Positions 40,215-53,120 of a DNA stretch of 64,000 bases are shown here, piece by piece; within the stretch, counting starts at the first letter, position 1, and each line of letters starts with the position of its first letter. Below the pieces are notes generated by a model. The model made no database searches and was not told the origin of the DNA. It saw nothing but the letters and a program-made list of their open reading frames with translations. The position numbers and the translations under genes were made by a program. This DNA is from Eledone cirrhosa (Eukaryota), in the NCBI GenBank assembly GCA_964016885.1, contig OZ024742.1:83576001-83640000 (forward strand). Direction: 5' to 3'.

Positions 40215-40924
40215 GACCGAAAATGGCACGACTTTTTACTACTTTGAATTTATGAGCTAGGTTATATTAATAGTATTGCATCATAGATTAAACGTTATTT
40301 CTCTTTGTATTTCAATATATCAGAAAATAGTGTAACGTGAAACAATAGAAATTATTACGTTCATTTAGTGGTTATTGAGGTTTCACAGGAAATAATCTCT
40401 TGGATTCAAGTTTTCTTATATTTGAGGCGACGGATAGAATATACAACGTCTAACATTCTACAGAGGTGATGATTTCTGGGGGATTTTGTTTCGTTATTTT
40501 CAAAACCTTCGCAGTAGTTTCAAAGTATGGGTATAAATTATTAAATTTACAACACAGAGACACACAGACACACCGACAAATCACATCTCCAGTTTAAATA
40601 ATACTGCTTCTCCAATGTCATATTTCAGGAAATAATTAAGAGACACTTTTCAATATTAACGGAGATAAATATATGTTATTTCATCAGTACGAATGTAAAA
40701 GATATAGATATTTTATGTACATAGTATATATATATATATTTGTTGATTCATTGTCTAGACTTTCGGATACCGAAAATGAACAAAATACACAGGTTTTAAT
40801 AGAGAAAAGATTTGACCGACAAACCTTGGAATTATGCGAGTTGTTGGATTCTGTTGACGGCTGTGGTGTATATATTGCTCGTATTCAATTATCCATTATA
40901 TCTCACCCTTTGAATTATATATAT

Positions 40925-41141
40925 AACGAAGGAGTTGTGGTAAGGAACCAGAAAGACCATAACGCACCAGAGTACTCAATACTTAGGGTAGTAGAGTGGG
41001 TAATAGGAGAAACTATGACCCCGACGGCAGAGCTCAAGCCGTTTCGACGGCTATTTCTGGACTAAAGTCTAAAGTCACTTTCGTCCAGAAATAGCCGTCG
41101 AAACGGCTTGAGCTCTGCCGTGGGGGTCATACTTTCTCCTA
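40925..41141 (-). mobile_element. Hairpin family A copy (followed by a deleted copy at 41172-41270)
   Basis: Reverse orientation; the palindrome has a longer central arm (gacggctatttctggac..gtccagaaatagccgtc). Confidence 0.8.
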
Positions 41142-41304
41142 TTACATATATATATATATATATATATATATAGGAAAAGAATCAGGACATAGAGTTGAGC
41201 TCCGGCCGTTTCAACAGCAAGATCTGAACTACCATGGTCCACCTGGTTTGTTATCACACTTTCTTTTGTTATACATACATATATATATATATATATATAG
41301 TATA

Positions 41305-42908
41305 CTAGCATTAAAGCCCGGCGTTGCTCGGGGTCAGTAAGTTCCCAAAGTTAGGTTGCACCACCCATTTTATGGCAGCACTTTTTTGTCTGCCAGGCAC
41401 AGGGTGAATGAATTGCAGACCTGGACTGCCGAAGCAGGAGCTGCGCCAGCAGTGACAATTGTAGTTTTGCCTATGGATATTATCTCTGTGTAAAGAAGTG
41501 TTGAAATTTATTGTTTCACAGTACTTGCGCAACACACACGCGTAGACGATGCCAGCCGAGCAACAGAGCTGCGATGGAGTTGTTCTGCATGGTTGTCTAA
41601 TGTGTGTTTTCTAAATTTAAGACAGTAGGGAGGGGTGTGATATGGGGGAGAGGTAGCTGCTGTTTCTAGCAGGTTTAGTGACCTCATAGAGGATATGTGT
41701 TTTCTAAATTTAATACAGTAGGGAGTGGTGTGATATGGGGGAGAGTTAGCTGCTGTTTCTAGCAGGTTTAGTGACCTCATAGAGGATATGTTTTCTAAAT
41801 TTAAGACAGTAGGGAGTGGTGTGATAAGGGGAGGGTTAGCTGCTGTTTCTAGCAGGTTTAATGACCTCATAGAGGATATGTTTTCTAAATTTAAGACAGT
41901 AGGGAGTGGTGTGATATGTGGGAGAGTTAGCTGCTGTTTCTAGCAGGTTTAGTGACCTCATAGAGGATGTTTTCTAAATTTAAGACAGTAGGGAGTGGTG
42001 TGATAGGGGGGGGGGGTTAGCTGCTGTTTCTAGCATGTTTAGTGACCTTATAGAGGATATGTTTTCTAAATTTAAGACAGTAGGGAGTGGTGTGATATGG
42101 GGGAGAGTTAGCTGCTGTTTCTAGCAGGTTTAGTGACTTCATAGAGGATATGTTTTCTAAATTTAAGACAGTAGGGAGTGGTGTGATAGGGTGGAGAGTT
42201 AGCTGCTGTTTCTAGCAGGTTTAGTGACCTCATAGAGGATATGATTTCTAAATTTAAGACAGTAGGGAGTGGTGTGATATGAGGGAGAGTTAGTTGCTGT
42301 TTCTAGCAGGTTTAGTGACCTCATAGAGGATATGTTTTCTAAATTTAAGACAGTAGGGAGTGGTGTGATATGGGGGAGAGTTAGCTGCTGTTTCTAGCAG
42401 GTTTAGTGACCTCATAGAGTATATTATTGTGTATAGTAAATAAACTGATACTTCTTTCTTCCACGTTCGTTGAGAGGTTTTAAAAAAAATTTATCGCTAT
42501 TTTTTTTTTGTTGTTGAATAAATTTATCTGTTGCTTTTGAATAATTGTTGTTTCGAGATGTAATAAGTTCTCTTTGTCATTGAAGTAAATAAATCTTTGA
42601 TCGTTCCACACTCAAAAACAAAAGTTTGTAAGCATGTATGTAGTTTTATTGAATTTTAAGGGGAGTAGAGAGAGGTTATCAGATTCTATTAGAGGGGTAA
42701 AGCGTCATGTATTTAGTTTTATCGATTATTTCCATAATTGTGGGTGAGTGAGTTTGAATGAAATAAATAGTCGTCGACCTACGTTAGACCATTTACAACA
42801 TTCTTACAGACTTTGAGTCGAATCGGTTTGAAATTGTGCAAATGTATAAACATGGAACATGCACACACACACAACAACAACAACAACAACAATCTGCCTT
42901 TTATAGAT
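41305..42908 (-). mobile_element. Non-autonomous Helitron carrying a minisatellite
   Basis: Minus-strand 3' end CCCGAGCAACGCCGGG..GCTAG at 41305; 5' TCTATAAAAGGCAG at about 42907. Confidence 0.65.
41606..42420. repeat. About 91-bp minisatellite, about 9 copies
   Basis: Unit gttttctaaatttaagacagtagggagtggtgtgatatgggggagagttagctgctgtttctagcaggtttagtgacctcatagaggatat. Confidence 0.95.
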
Positions 42909-43113
42909 AATTGTTTCTACTTTAGGCACAAGGTCAGCAATCACCCAGTTCATTACTGGTACTATTCAGTTGAAGAAAGCTGGTTGATCAAAAATCTACC
43001 GATTTATTCTTAAATAGTAAATAAATGAAGATCTACGAATGAAACTATCGCTCTTATTATATATATATACACATATATATATATATATATGTGTTTATGT
43101 ATATATATATATA

Positions 43114-44440
43114 AGAAAGTGAGGGTATTTTTACAAAATGAAAAGTAGCCGAGGTGTCCTACACGAGTGAAAGTATAAGGAAAAAAGATGAATTAGAAAA
43201 TGCAACTGGAGTCTTTTTTTTTTAAATATATATATTTATTTTGTTCCTTTATCGGATGTGAGAAAAACCACAGACCCATATCTCAACTCTACTTTGGTTC
43301 CTTTACCGGTTTCGCAGTTCTTCTGTTTTTCAAAAGTAGAGTTGAGATGGAGGGTCTGTCGCTTTTCTCAGATCTGGTTGGTCTTTGAATGTTACTTGTT
43401 TTATATGGAAAAAAGTGGCTCGAAACGCCAGGTTTTTAGAGAAGTAATTTGATTGGTTGGTCAATAAGTATAATAAATTTTACGCCAGTTCGCGTTACAA
43501 AGTTCTTCAAACAAGGGGGAGGGGCTCAGGTTGTTTTTTCATATATGAGTGAAGTTTGGTTAGTTGATATAGTAACGTGAATAAGCACATCAGCTTTCGC
43601 GCCAGTTTGTTTGAAATTCTTTTTACTTTAAAAAAGGGGGCTCACGAAGGCTTTTTTTTTATAAATGTAATTTGATTGGTTATAAATGAAATTATGGCTG
43701 TCACGTGAACAAGATCATTAAATTTCGCGCCCGTATTTGGGAATTTATTTTGTAGCCTTTTAGAGAATTTTATGACAAACAAAAGATAATGGTCAAGAGA
43801 AATGGAATGGGGGAATTGTTCTGGTTCAGTGAATATGGCAGGTTGTTTTTTCATATATGAGTGAAGTTTGGTTGGTTGATGTAGTCACGTGAATAAGCAC
43901 ATCAGCTTTCGCGTCAGTTTGTTTGAATTTCTTTTTACTTTAAAAAAAGTGGCTCACGAAGGCTTTTTTTTAATAAATGTAATTTGATTGGTTATAAATG
44001 AAATTATGACTGTCACTTGAACAAGTTCATTAAATTTTTCGCCCGTATTTGGGAATTTATTTTGTAGCCTTTTAGAGAATTTTATGACAAACAAAAGATA
44101 ATGGTCAAGAGAAATGGGATGAGAGAATTGATCTGGTTCAGTGAATATGGGTGGTTCGCTGGGGTGTCATAATTCAGACTTTCTATTGAAATAAAGGAAG
44201 TAGAGATATGTATGTTTATTTGTGTGCTTGTGTGTGTATGTCGGAAGATGATTCTGTTAGTAGAAATGGTGAGGGGGTTGTGTGTGTGTGTGTATATGGG
44301 TGTTATGTGTGTGTGGGGGGGAGTATGTTAAGTAGAGATATGTATGTTTATTTGTGTGCTTGTCTATTAGTAGAATGGGGGAGGGAGTTGTGTGTGTGTA
44401 TATATGGGTGTTATGTGTGTGGGGGGGGAGTATGTTAAGA
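43114..44440 (-). mobile_element. Probable PLE-derived element with a degenerate HHR (43300-43336) and an about 312-bp tandem duplication
   Basis: Minus strand cttTTGAAAA-aCAG aagaa CTGc-GAAA-CCGG-TA-aag; 43528-43838 is repeated at 43839-44150; the end is shared with 16281-16326. Confidence 0.5.
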
Positions 44441-44446
44441 TGGAGA

Positions 44447-44505
<59 letters not shown>

Positions 44506-44506
<1 letters not shown>

Positions 44507-44700
44507 CCTTGAGCAAGACACTTTATTTCACCTTGCTCCAGTTTACTCAGCTGAAAATGAGTAACAGTAATAGCTGGAGGTTTATCCCTGCGATGGACTG
44601 GCGTCCTGTCCCGGGGGAGAGTCTTGTACTCTCTGTCGCTTCACGCTCTGAAACCGGGATAAGCACCGGCCAAATGAGCCTTCTGGCTTAAGACAGACTC
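44506..44700 (+). mobile_element. SINE family 2 (5'-truncated)
   Basis: Shared core with 35050-35208. Confidence 0.7.
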
Positions 44701-45796
44701 TAGCCTTAGATATATAACGTTGAAAGAGAAAATGGACTGTAAGATAAGGTAACGAAAAGTAAAAGTAAGTTATCTGGTAATCTTTGTATTGTTATTTTTT
44801 TTTTGTTTTGTTTTTTTGTTCTTTTATCTGTTCAATATTTCGGGACCTAAAAGTCATTTCTTCGGAGTTTAAGGAACTTTCAGTGGACAATGTTCCAATT
44901 TCCATGTTTTTTACTAAAACAAATTTCATTAAGCAAGGCGCGGAAATATAATTTTATTCAGTTGTATTGTAGCGTTTTCTGGCATGACTCAAGTAAGCCC
45001 TAGCTATAAATTTTTGAGTAAGAGCTAAATACATATGCTTAATACGAATCGATAAAATGAAATTGAAACTTTCGAGAATATAAATGAATGCTTATTAGCA
45101 ATAACTGGCAAAGACGTTTGCATTTCGTTGCTTCAGTAGTTTCAGTTAAATAAATCATTTAATAAATGTCATCAAGAATTCACACGGATCCCAATTTGTT
45201 TTGTTGTTATTTATATTTATCCTCAGCATGTCAGCAAAAATTGAGTATGTCTATAATCAAAGTTTTCTAGCAGTCGTAACCCTATTTTTATTTTCATAAT
45301 ACATTGTAAGTCATAAGTGTCCAGGCAGTCAATGCATTTTTATTGCAAGGTTCATAGGTAACTCTTTGAATATTCGCTCATTTCTGTGCGATCAGTCAGG
45401 GTTATATTTTTTTAATCTACATTTGCTTGATGTATTTATAATTTCGTACTCTCTGATCAGAGTTTTAGTAAATATTATCACTTGGAGTAAAAATGTTCCT
45501 CTGCCTGGTTACTTATGACTCACTCTGTATATGGAACTAGATTAACTACAATATCTTCTGTATTTTAAAGTTAGGTTACCGTGTAGAGGATGATTTGTAG
45601 CTTTCGTTTTTTGTTTTGATAGAAGGGAAAACAATGGTGGTGTTACATATTAAGAGAACAAAGAAACAATGTCATAGTTATGACAAAATAAAGAACTCCT
45701 TATCACCGAATAAAGAAATTACGGAAGTAAAATGGCAAATTAAAAGATCCTTATATTAAAGCATATCTACTACACGCATATAAATATCAAATAAAC

Positions 45797-46075
45797 TACG
45801 TGGGTCGGCTGACCAAGATACTCTCGTGGAATTACTAAATGGAGTTTATTTTTTAACATAGTCCCTTGAAAGAAACAATGCAGTTATTAATAATGTGTGT
45901 GTGACTGATTTAATAGTAATTTTTTTCCATTTGTCTTACTTAAGTTGCGAGCTAACCAGACATATATGTCAGGGGAAATGCCGATAAGAAGGGTTGAAAT
46001 TAGGGCATGGAAGATTTCACAGCTCTAGCATCAATCCTTTATAGTCAGCTTTGAACTTTTTAGCTGACCCTCGTA
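45797..46075 (+). mobile_element. Tc1/mariner-type MITE with an internal insertion
   Basis: Family TIR remnants at both ends. Confidence 0.75.
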
Positions 46076-46520
46076 CATTAATCAATTCATTACAAAAGAC
46101 AGCGGTGGTGTTGGTGGTGTCATAGGCAACCGAGATTGGAACTTTGGAAATGGTTCGATCTCGGTTGCCGACAATGGTTTGATTAGTGATAGGGGTGTAG
46201 TTTGTTTCTATAATGGATCAACTTGAGCTAGAGCCGAAGGCAGAATTGCTGTTATTGCCATTGTTCTTGTTATTTTTACTGGTACCACTTCAGCTGAGGC
46301 AGCTGCGATTACAACCAATGCTTTTGTATCTATTCGGTAAGGTAAAAAAAGCGGACGTATTTGTTCTTGTATATCCGTCAATGAATGTTAAACTATTACA
46401 ATGGTATTTTTCGAACGCTTTAATTCTCTCATAATCTCTTTTACTACCTTTACCCTTTTCTACATAAGTTCTCAATAGTGATATCTGACATCGAAGCAAC
46501 CAACCAACGCGTTGAGTATT

Positions 46521-46566
<46 letters not shown>

Positions 46567-46571
<5 letters not shown>

Positions 46572-46780
46572 TAAGAGGAATTCCAACTTTGTCTGATTTA
46601 CTCGTTTTATTTACAATCCTTTAAAATTTATAATGGTATTATAATGAAATATTCTATCATACTATTTCATTATAATACCATTATAAATGTTAAAGCATCA
46701 TAAATAAAACGAGTAAATCAGACAAAGTTGGAATTCCTCTTATTAATATAATCTTCTATACACAATCATACACACCCGTG
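46567..46780. repeat. About 180-bp AT-rich palindrome plus a short tail, between (TA)n tracts
   Basis: attaataagaggaattccaactttgtctgatttactcgttttattt and its reverse complement. Confidence 0.85.
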
Positions 46781-46821
46781 TATATATATATATATATATA
46801 TATATAGTTTTAATATAGATG

Positions 46822-46872
46822 AGATTCTACAGGACTAGAACTGTTTCATTCATTAGAAATCATCAGGAATCT
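46822..46872 (-). ncRNA. Type-I hammerhead ribozyme (family B, inverted copy)
   Basis: Exact reverse complement of 47463-47513. Confidence 0.75.
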
Positions 46873-47462
46873 GGGTATCAAAAAATATGGTATTTATAGG
46901 TCTCTATGTGTGTATATGTGTTTGTGTGTGTGTTTATGGTTGCGCGTAAGTGTGTGAGTGAGTATGTGTTTTTTTGTTTTTTTGTGAATGTGTCTGTTGA
47001 TTTTTGGCATATAGTTGATTAGTTTAAGAGAAGTTCGAAGATAATAGTAAGATATGCACTCAGTATTTTGAATCTGTCTGCAGAATTCTCTAGACCTTTG
47101 TCACTTAGTAGAACCTTAATGATTTTAGCTTTTAAAGAATCTCCCTTTTCTTTAATTCTATCGACCATGACTGACCCCCCCACTGATTTTATAGACATCT
47201 GTTAGCTTAAGAGAAACTTAATGACAAGGAATGGTATGCCATCCGGAACCTGTTTATAGAATTCTGTCTGCCCTTGTTACTCTAAAAACATAAATAAATA
47301 AAAATATAAATAAAAAATAAAAATAAACTATAGCTTTGTAGAATTAGCTTTTAATGAATTCCCTTTTCTATCAACCAATGACCTGCACCCATCCCACTCC
47401 CCACCCTCTCCTACCACTTGTAGAGACCTATAAATACCATATTTATTTATTTTTTGATACCC

Positions 47463-47513
47463 AGATTCCTGATGATTTCTAATGAATGAAACAGTTCTAG
47501 TCCTGTAGAATCT
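47463..47513 (+). ncRNA. Type-I hammerhead ribozyme (family B)
   Basis: AGATTC-CTGATGA-tttctaatgaat-GAAAC-AG ttctagtc CT-GTA-GAATCT. Confidence 0.78.
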
Positions 47514-48041
47514 CATCTATATTAAAACTTTTATACTCTGCTATGTATTGAGTACCTTACTTACTGTGGTTACCTCCGATTCAACCCGGAATAACGTATA
47601 TATATATATATACAACTTTAATGTTGATTTAATGTAAATGTGGACAGTAGATTTACTTTTGTAAGCAGTGGGGGTGATGATGATGGTGATGAGGTAGTGG
47701 TAGATATAAAAAGAAGAAAAGAATAAGAGAAGTAAGTAGAGGTAAAAGATAGTGACATTTGTAAAATAAGTGAGAAAAGAAGATTAAAGTTATGATGAAA
47801 AGAAGATATCTTAGGTGTGTCAGCTGTCGGGGGAAAATTATGGAATTACTAGAGAAGAAAAGGCTTATGATATATACGATGATGGTGATGATGAAGTTGA
47901 AATAAGTAAAATTGTAATGGAATATGATGGATTGGTAATGATGATGGTACAGTCAAAGAAAGTATGGAAATATACAAATATGAAAATATAATACGTTATG
48001 TATATATATATATATATATATATATACATAACGTATTATAT

Positions 48042-48149
<108 letters not shown>

Positions 48150-48429
48150 GTAGAGTCTGCGAGACCGTCATCTTTCAATTACAAAATGTATTCAGAGAAA
48201 AATTTTGAAATTTGTAATCGCCTATATTTCAGGTGTTGAGATAAGCGGGATTTGAAAGGGTTTTCAGTCAGTCTGATATATATTTTTACTGTACTTTGGC
48301 TTTGTATACGAGCTCACTAGGCTGGCGCTTATGCTCAAGCGGGCATCGAGTTCGATCTCTACAATTACATATTCAAGTTTTGTGATGTATGTTGTTAGTA
48401 TGTATGGATGTTTGTTGTAGTTTAAGAAT

Positions 48430-48855
48430 GTGACCCTATGACACCTGTAGTTTTCCTTAACCGTATTTTTTTATTTTTTTATGTTGTAGCACTGGTGTTT
48501 GTTGGGGATATGATTTCTTTCAAGGTAAAGAAATCACTAGGCTATGGTAGTGAAGACGTTGAGGGATCATAGAGCGTTTTACCAAATGATCTTCATGGCT
48601 CTTGAGGACTGAAGGTATGTGAGATTTCGGTGAAGCCACATTTTTTAATACGTGGTGGTAGTTGGGCTAAATTGTCAAACGATATGCCTGTTTAAAGATA
48701 GGCTAGATATCCTTTTATTGACATTTTTCACTATTTGGGGCATAATGTGGAGTGGATGTTAGGAGCCTATATTTATATAGCTGATTTCCCCGTTTGGCTT
48801 ATGGAACGGCCGGTGTAGGCTTGTGTTTAGGTGCAGGGTTATATCTAACAACCTA
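48430..48855 (-). pseudogene. Decayed PLE RT-thumb/linker remnant
   Basis: Minus strand LLDITLHLNTSLHRPFHKPNGEISYINIGS*HP parallels the 21490-22029 ORF motif. Confidence 0.7.
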
Positions 48856-51036
48856 CCTAGGTTATTTTCCACGGAGGACCATTGGATATGCACCTCAACA
48901 TTCTTTCTCCGAGGCACAAGCACGGAAAAATTGTTTGTGAAAGATCAGCAGTCCGTCAGGCATAACAGTCTCCCCTATCAACGCCATTGATATTGTCCAA
49001 TTGAAAGCAAACAGCCGATACAGATTGACACCAATGAAGTCGCAACACATTTCTACAGCTAAGTGAATTGAAGCAACATGAAATAAAGTCTCTTCCTCCA
49101 AAACAAAACACATAACTCATGACTGTAATCCTAACCCTCTAACCACTAACCCATGCACCTTTACATATGTATATATATATAATTGGAGGCTTAGTAAAAT
49201 CGAATCTTTGGCGGTGTGCAAGCAAATTCGACCTACGATATGAATGAGTTAGCAAAGCACTCGACAAGGTATGTCCTTAGAGTAATAACATACGTTTAAA
49301 TAGCTTGACAAATTGAACATTGTGGTAGGCAAAATCTAACACGCTATACCAAAGTAACGAAAGAAGTAACAGGTTGAAAAAATACACCTGGACAAATCAT
49401 TTAAAGTGTTTCTATGAATCCGAAATCAAATATCAGACTTACGTAACTGGCAAGCTCGTGGTATTCATGAATGAACAGAGGACTCATTTTATCAACAGGA
49501 ATTTCGTTCTACCAAAGAACGGGGCGCAAATATATATATATACATTTTATTAATGCTAAATAGTGGGTTAGTGTTAGGGTTTTGTTATCTGGAGATAAGC
49601 AATCGAAACTCTAGAATAAAAAGTCACACTAGTTAGCCTTCATGCTAGTCAGCCATGATTCAGCTGAATGATGGATAACCTGTGGCTGAATAACGACAAC
49701 TTATGATTGACATGAATGGGGTATCTCGTGGTGCATCCCAACAGAACATTCTATCAACAATACATTGTTAACTTTAGCGATTGAATAAAAAATATATTGT
49801 ATGGTTCTTAAAATATTGCGTAGTTGATTTTCTTTTCCACAGAGGCCCCACAATATATGTGATGTACATTCCTTTTGGAAAAGTATTAGTGATTTAATTA
49901 ATCGATGTTAAAATAAGACATAGTTAACTCTCGGCTGACTAACTTAGCATATTAGAAGCTGACATATTTTTTATTAGCCCCAAGTTTGTCATTATCGGTT
50001 TCGCGTCTGGATCGTGATCTTCACGACTTATTTTCAAGCATGAAATTCATTGACTGCCAAGACACCACTTTTTCCCTTGTATTATATGACGCAAGTAACA
50101 TGCGATTATATATTTTTAATTACATATCACGGATTTTCTAACGTTATTTCGTCCATCTCCCTTGTATGCACTTTCCCAGCTGTAGGCTATAGTTTTGAGC
50201 GTCGGAACTTGAACGTTTACATAGTGGTACATAGTCTCCTGGCGAGAGTCATAATCTATGAGACAATGTTTCAAAAATTTGGTCTTTTTGTCACCAGATA
50301 GAATAATTAAGTATATTACATAACCACAAAAACAGCAATAACTATTGTAAATTGTTACTCATATAAATAGATCATTTGGAATAATTATGTACAGTAATTT
50401 GAAAAACATCAGGTTTTCTGGGAAAATAAGCAAATTTAGCATTAAAATTTGGTTCTCATTTTATGCGCCTTTTTATGAAGTTCATAGATAATCCTCTACT
50501 GGGCAATTTGGATAAAGAATTCTCTGTCAATCAAAGCTCCAAGAAAAACTGAAGATTTTCAGGGTTGTTTTAAAGCAACTTATCTAACATATGTATTCTG
50601 TTATATGTAATTTAGGTATTAATATATCTGAGCAAAGCTGGGTATGGCTGCTAATGAAATATACATGCAATACAGATTTGTGTATTAATGAAATAAACCA
50701 CCTCGACTATGATAACTTATCCTCATCTAGCCACCTATATTTCAGCTTGAAGAAAACATACTTCAGTCAATACTTTTGATCAAATGCAAAATGACGATAT
50801 TTGGCAAGTAATCTTATAACACATAATGAGATATACAGCATAATATCAACTGTATATTTTGTTTAAGCCTTATTTACTGAATGGCTGCGATAACATTATT
50901 CTAATGAGCCGTTAGATATATAAATGAATCAATCAATCGAGTATATTGTCTATATACTAAGTATATGTGCAGCCGCATATTTGTGTATTTGTGTGTACTT
51001 ATATATATATATCTGTGAGCGTGTGTGTATTTATAC

Positions 51037-51123
<87 letters not shown>

Positions 51124-51174
51124 TATATATAACTAAGTATACACACATACATATACATATAGAAAGAAAGAGAA

Positions 51175-51212
<38 letters not shown>

Positions 51213-51878
51213 TATATATGCAATTATATATAGGTAATGTATTTATTTGCATGCTATATGAAATTACAAACGCCAGCACCTGCATAGTCATATACATCTA
51301 TAGTTAGATAAGCTATCATAATGTAATAAACTTTGTTTACGATGGAAACTTTTCTAACTTGAAATATTGAATCAAACACTGCAGTTAGTGGGAAAAGATT
51401 TAGCGTCTTTGAAAACAGTAATGCAATAATTAATAATCTTCCTTTTCTCTGTGTGTATTTTATATTCCCACGAATATATACTAATTTAATATCCATATAG
51501 ACATAAAAACAAACGCGCTCATATATGCGTGTATGTTTGATGGGCGTGTGTGTTTGTGTCATTACTTACATAAAACAATCTAATAGAACTCCTCAAAATG
51601 CATCTCAAGATGGTATTTCTTTTTATCAATCTTTTATTCGATATTCCAAATCCAAGTTGGAAAAGTTTCCATTATAAACAAACTATATTAGAAATTATTC
51701 ACAAAGTTGTGATACTTTCAAATTTACTTAAATATCGCTAATTATCGAGAAAAAAATTCACTTTGATTTTCCTTTCAAAGTATTATGAATTATATTGATT
51801 TCAGGGCCAATATATTGATCAAAACCGAAAGTAACATTAAAGCACGTACGTACAAAAACACACGCATGTACACACACG

Positions 51879-51932
<54 letters not shown>

Positions 51933-52116
51933 AACAAACACACATACACACATACAAATAAAAATACACAAACAAACAAATAACAAATACAGACATTCAT
52001 ATATATATAAGTCTATATGTGTGTTTTGTGTCTTTGTTGAGTCATCATAGCTTGACTAAGCACACTTATAAACACACATACACACACACACATATATTTT
52101 TAATATATATATATAT

Positions 52117-52277
52117 AGGAACGAGTAGGACCCCGACGGCTGAGCTCAAGCCGTGGTCGAAACGGCTTGAGCTCAGCCGTCGGGGTCCTACTCGTTCCTA
52201 TTATCCACTCTACTACCCTAAGTATTGAGTACTTTGGTGCGTTATGGTCCACCTGGTTTCTTACCACATTTCCTTCG

Positions 52278-52279
<2 letters not shown>
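52117..52279 (+). mobile_element. Hairpin family A copy
   Basis: Palindrome with a 4-nt centre; GAAACGGCT-tgagctc-AGCCGTC at 52159-52181. Confidence 0.8.
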
Positions 52280-52317
<38 letters not shown>

Positions 52318-52739
52318 ACACCAACGTGCTTAAATATATGCACATATATAATATCTAGGCAAATAATCATGCCTAGAAAGTACGAATTTCCTTGTAAATT
52401 TAAAAAAAATGATAAGCATCTACTAATCGATTTTCGGATCTAATTGGACCTTGATCAGAAGACATATATATATATATATATCATCCACTCATCCACATAA
52501 AATATGTATTTTGTGGGTATATATTCTAAAATGGACATACTAATTGGTATATAATTAGTATTAGGGATAACGACAGAAAAACTTTTATAAAACATCCAAA
52601 TAAGATGCTTCAAAGGTGACATTAATATATGAGAGATGTTTTTAAATTGCTACTCAAAAATTAATTGATTCTTTTTAGAACTCATTCAGCAACTTCCAAT
52701 AAAACATCTTCTTACATTTCTGCCTACATTCACTGAAGA

Positions 52740-53120
52740 ACAAATTTTTTGTTCAAACTAAAAAAAATGAAAAGGTACAGGATTTGATGAGATTCCGACT
52801 GATGTGATAAATCAAGTCGGGAAATGATGTATCGTTTGCATACTTTTATACATAATGTGTAAAAATATATAATTCATCAAGATTGGAAGGATGCACGCTG
52901 AAGGTACATTATAAATAAAAGATGGTATTTATATATGCGACAACTCTCATGATTTATCTTGAACATTTTCCCTGATATTTACATTTGACAGATTTATATA
53001 TATTTTGTCCGAGAACACGTGTTTGTATCCTCATCTTTGAGTAACTTCGCATCCATGTCTAAAGCATCTAAAAGCATCTAAAGCATCTAAAAGCTTTTTG
53101 ATACTTGTAATAGCTTCAAA
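52740..53120 (+). pseudogene. Highly decayed LINE (RTE-like) RT remnant
   Basis: Fragments in the expected order: GTGFDEIPTDV, IHQDWKDA, CDNS and a frameshifted KAFDT. Confidence 0.5.

Larger units (their letters stand above)
46807..47597 (+). mobile_element. Hairpin family B element with an about 520-bp spacer
   Basis: 46807-46905 is inverted at about 47423-47529; the tail matches 29665-29730. Confidence 0.8.

Noticed and set aside
41606-42420. Regular array that could suggest CRISPR
   Set aside because: There are no unique spacers or cas genes, and the context is eukaryotic; it is a plain minisatellite.
46090-46586. Coding-like Asn/Ser/Thr-rich stretch on the minus strand
   Set aside because: It has in-frame stops and no recognisable domain or splice context.
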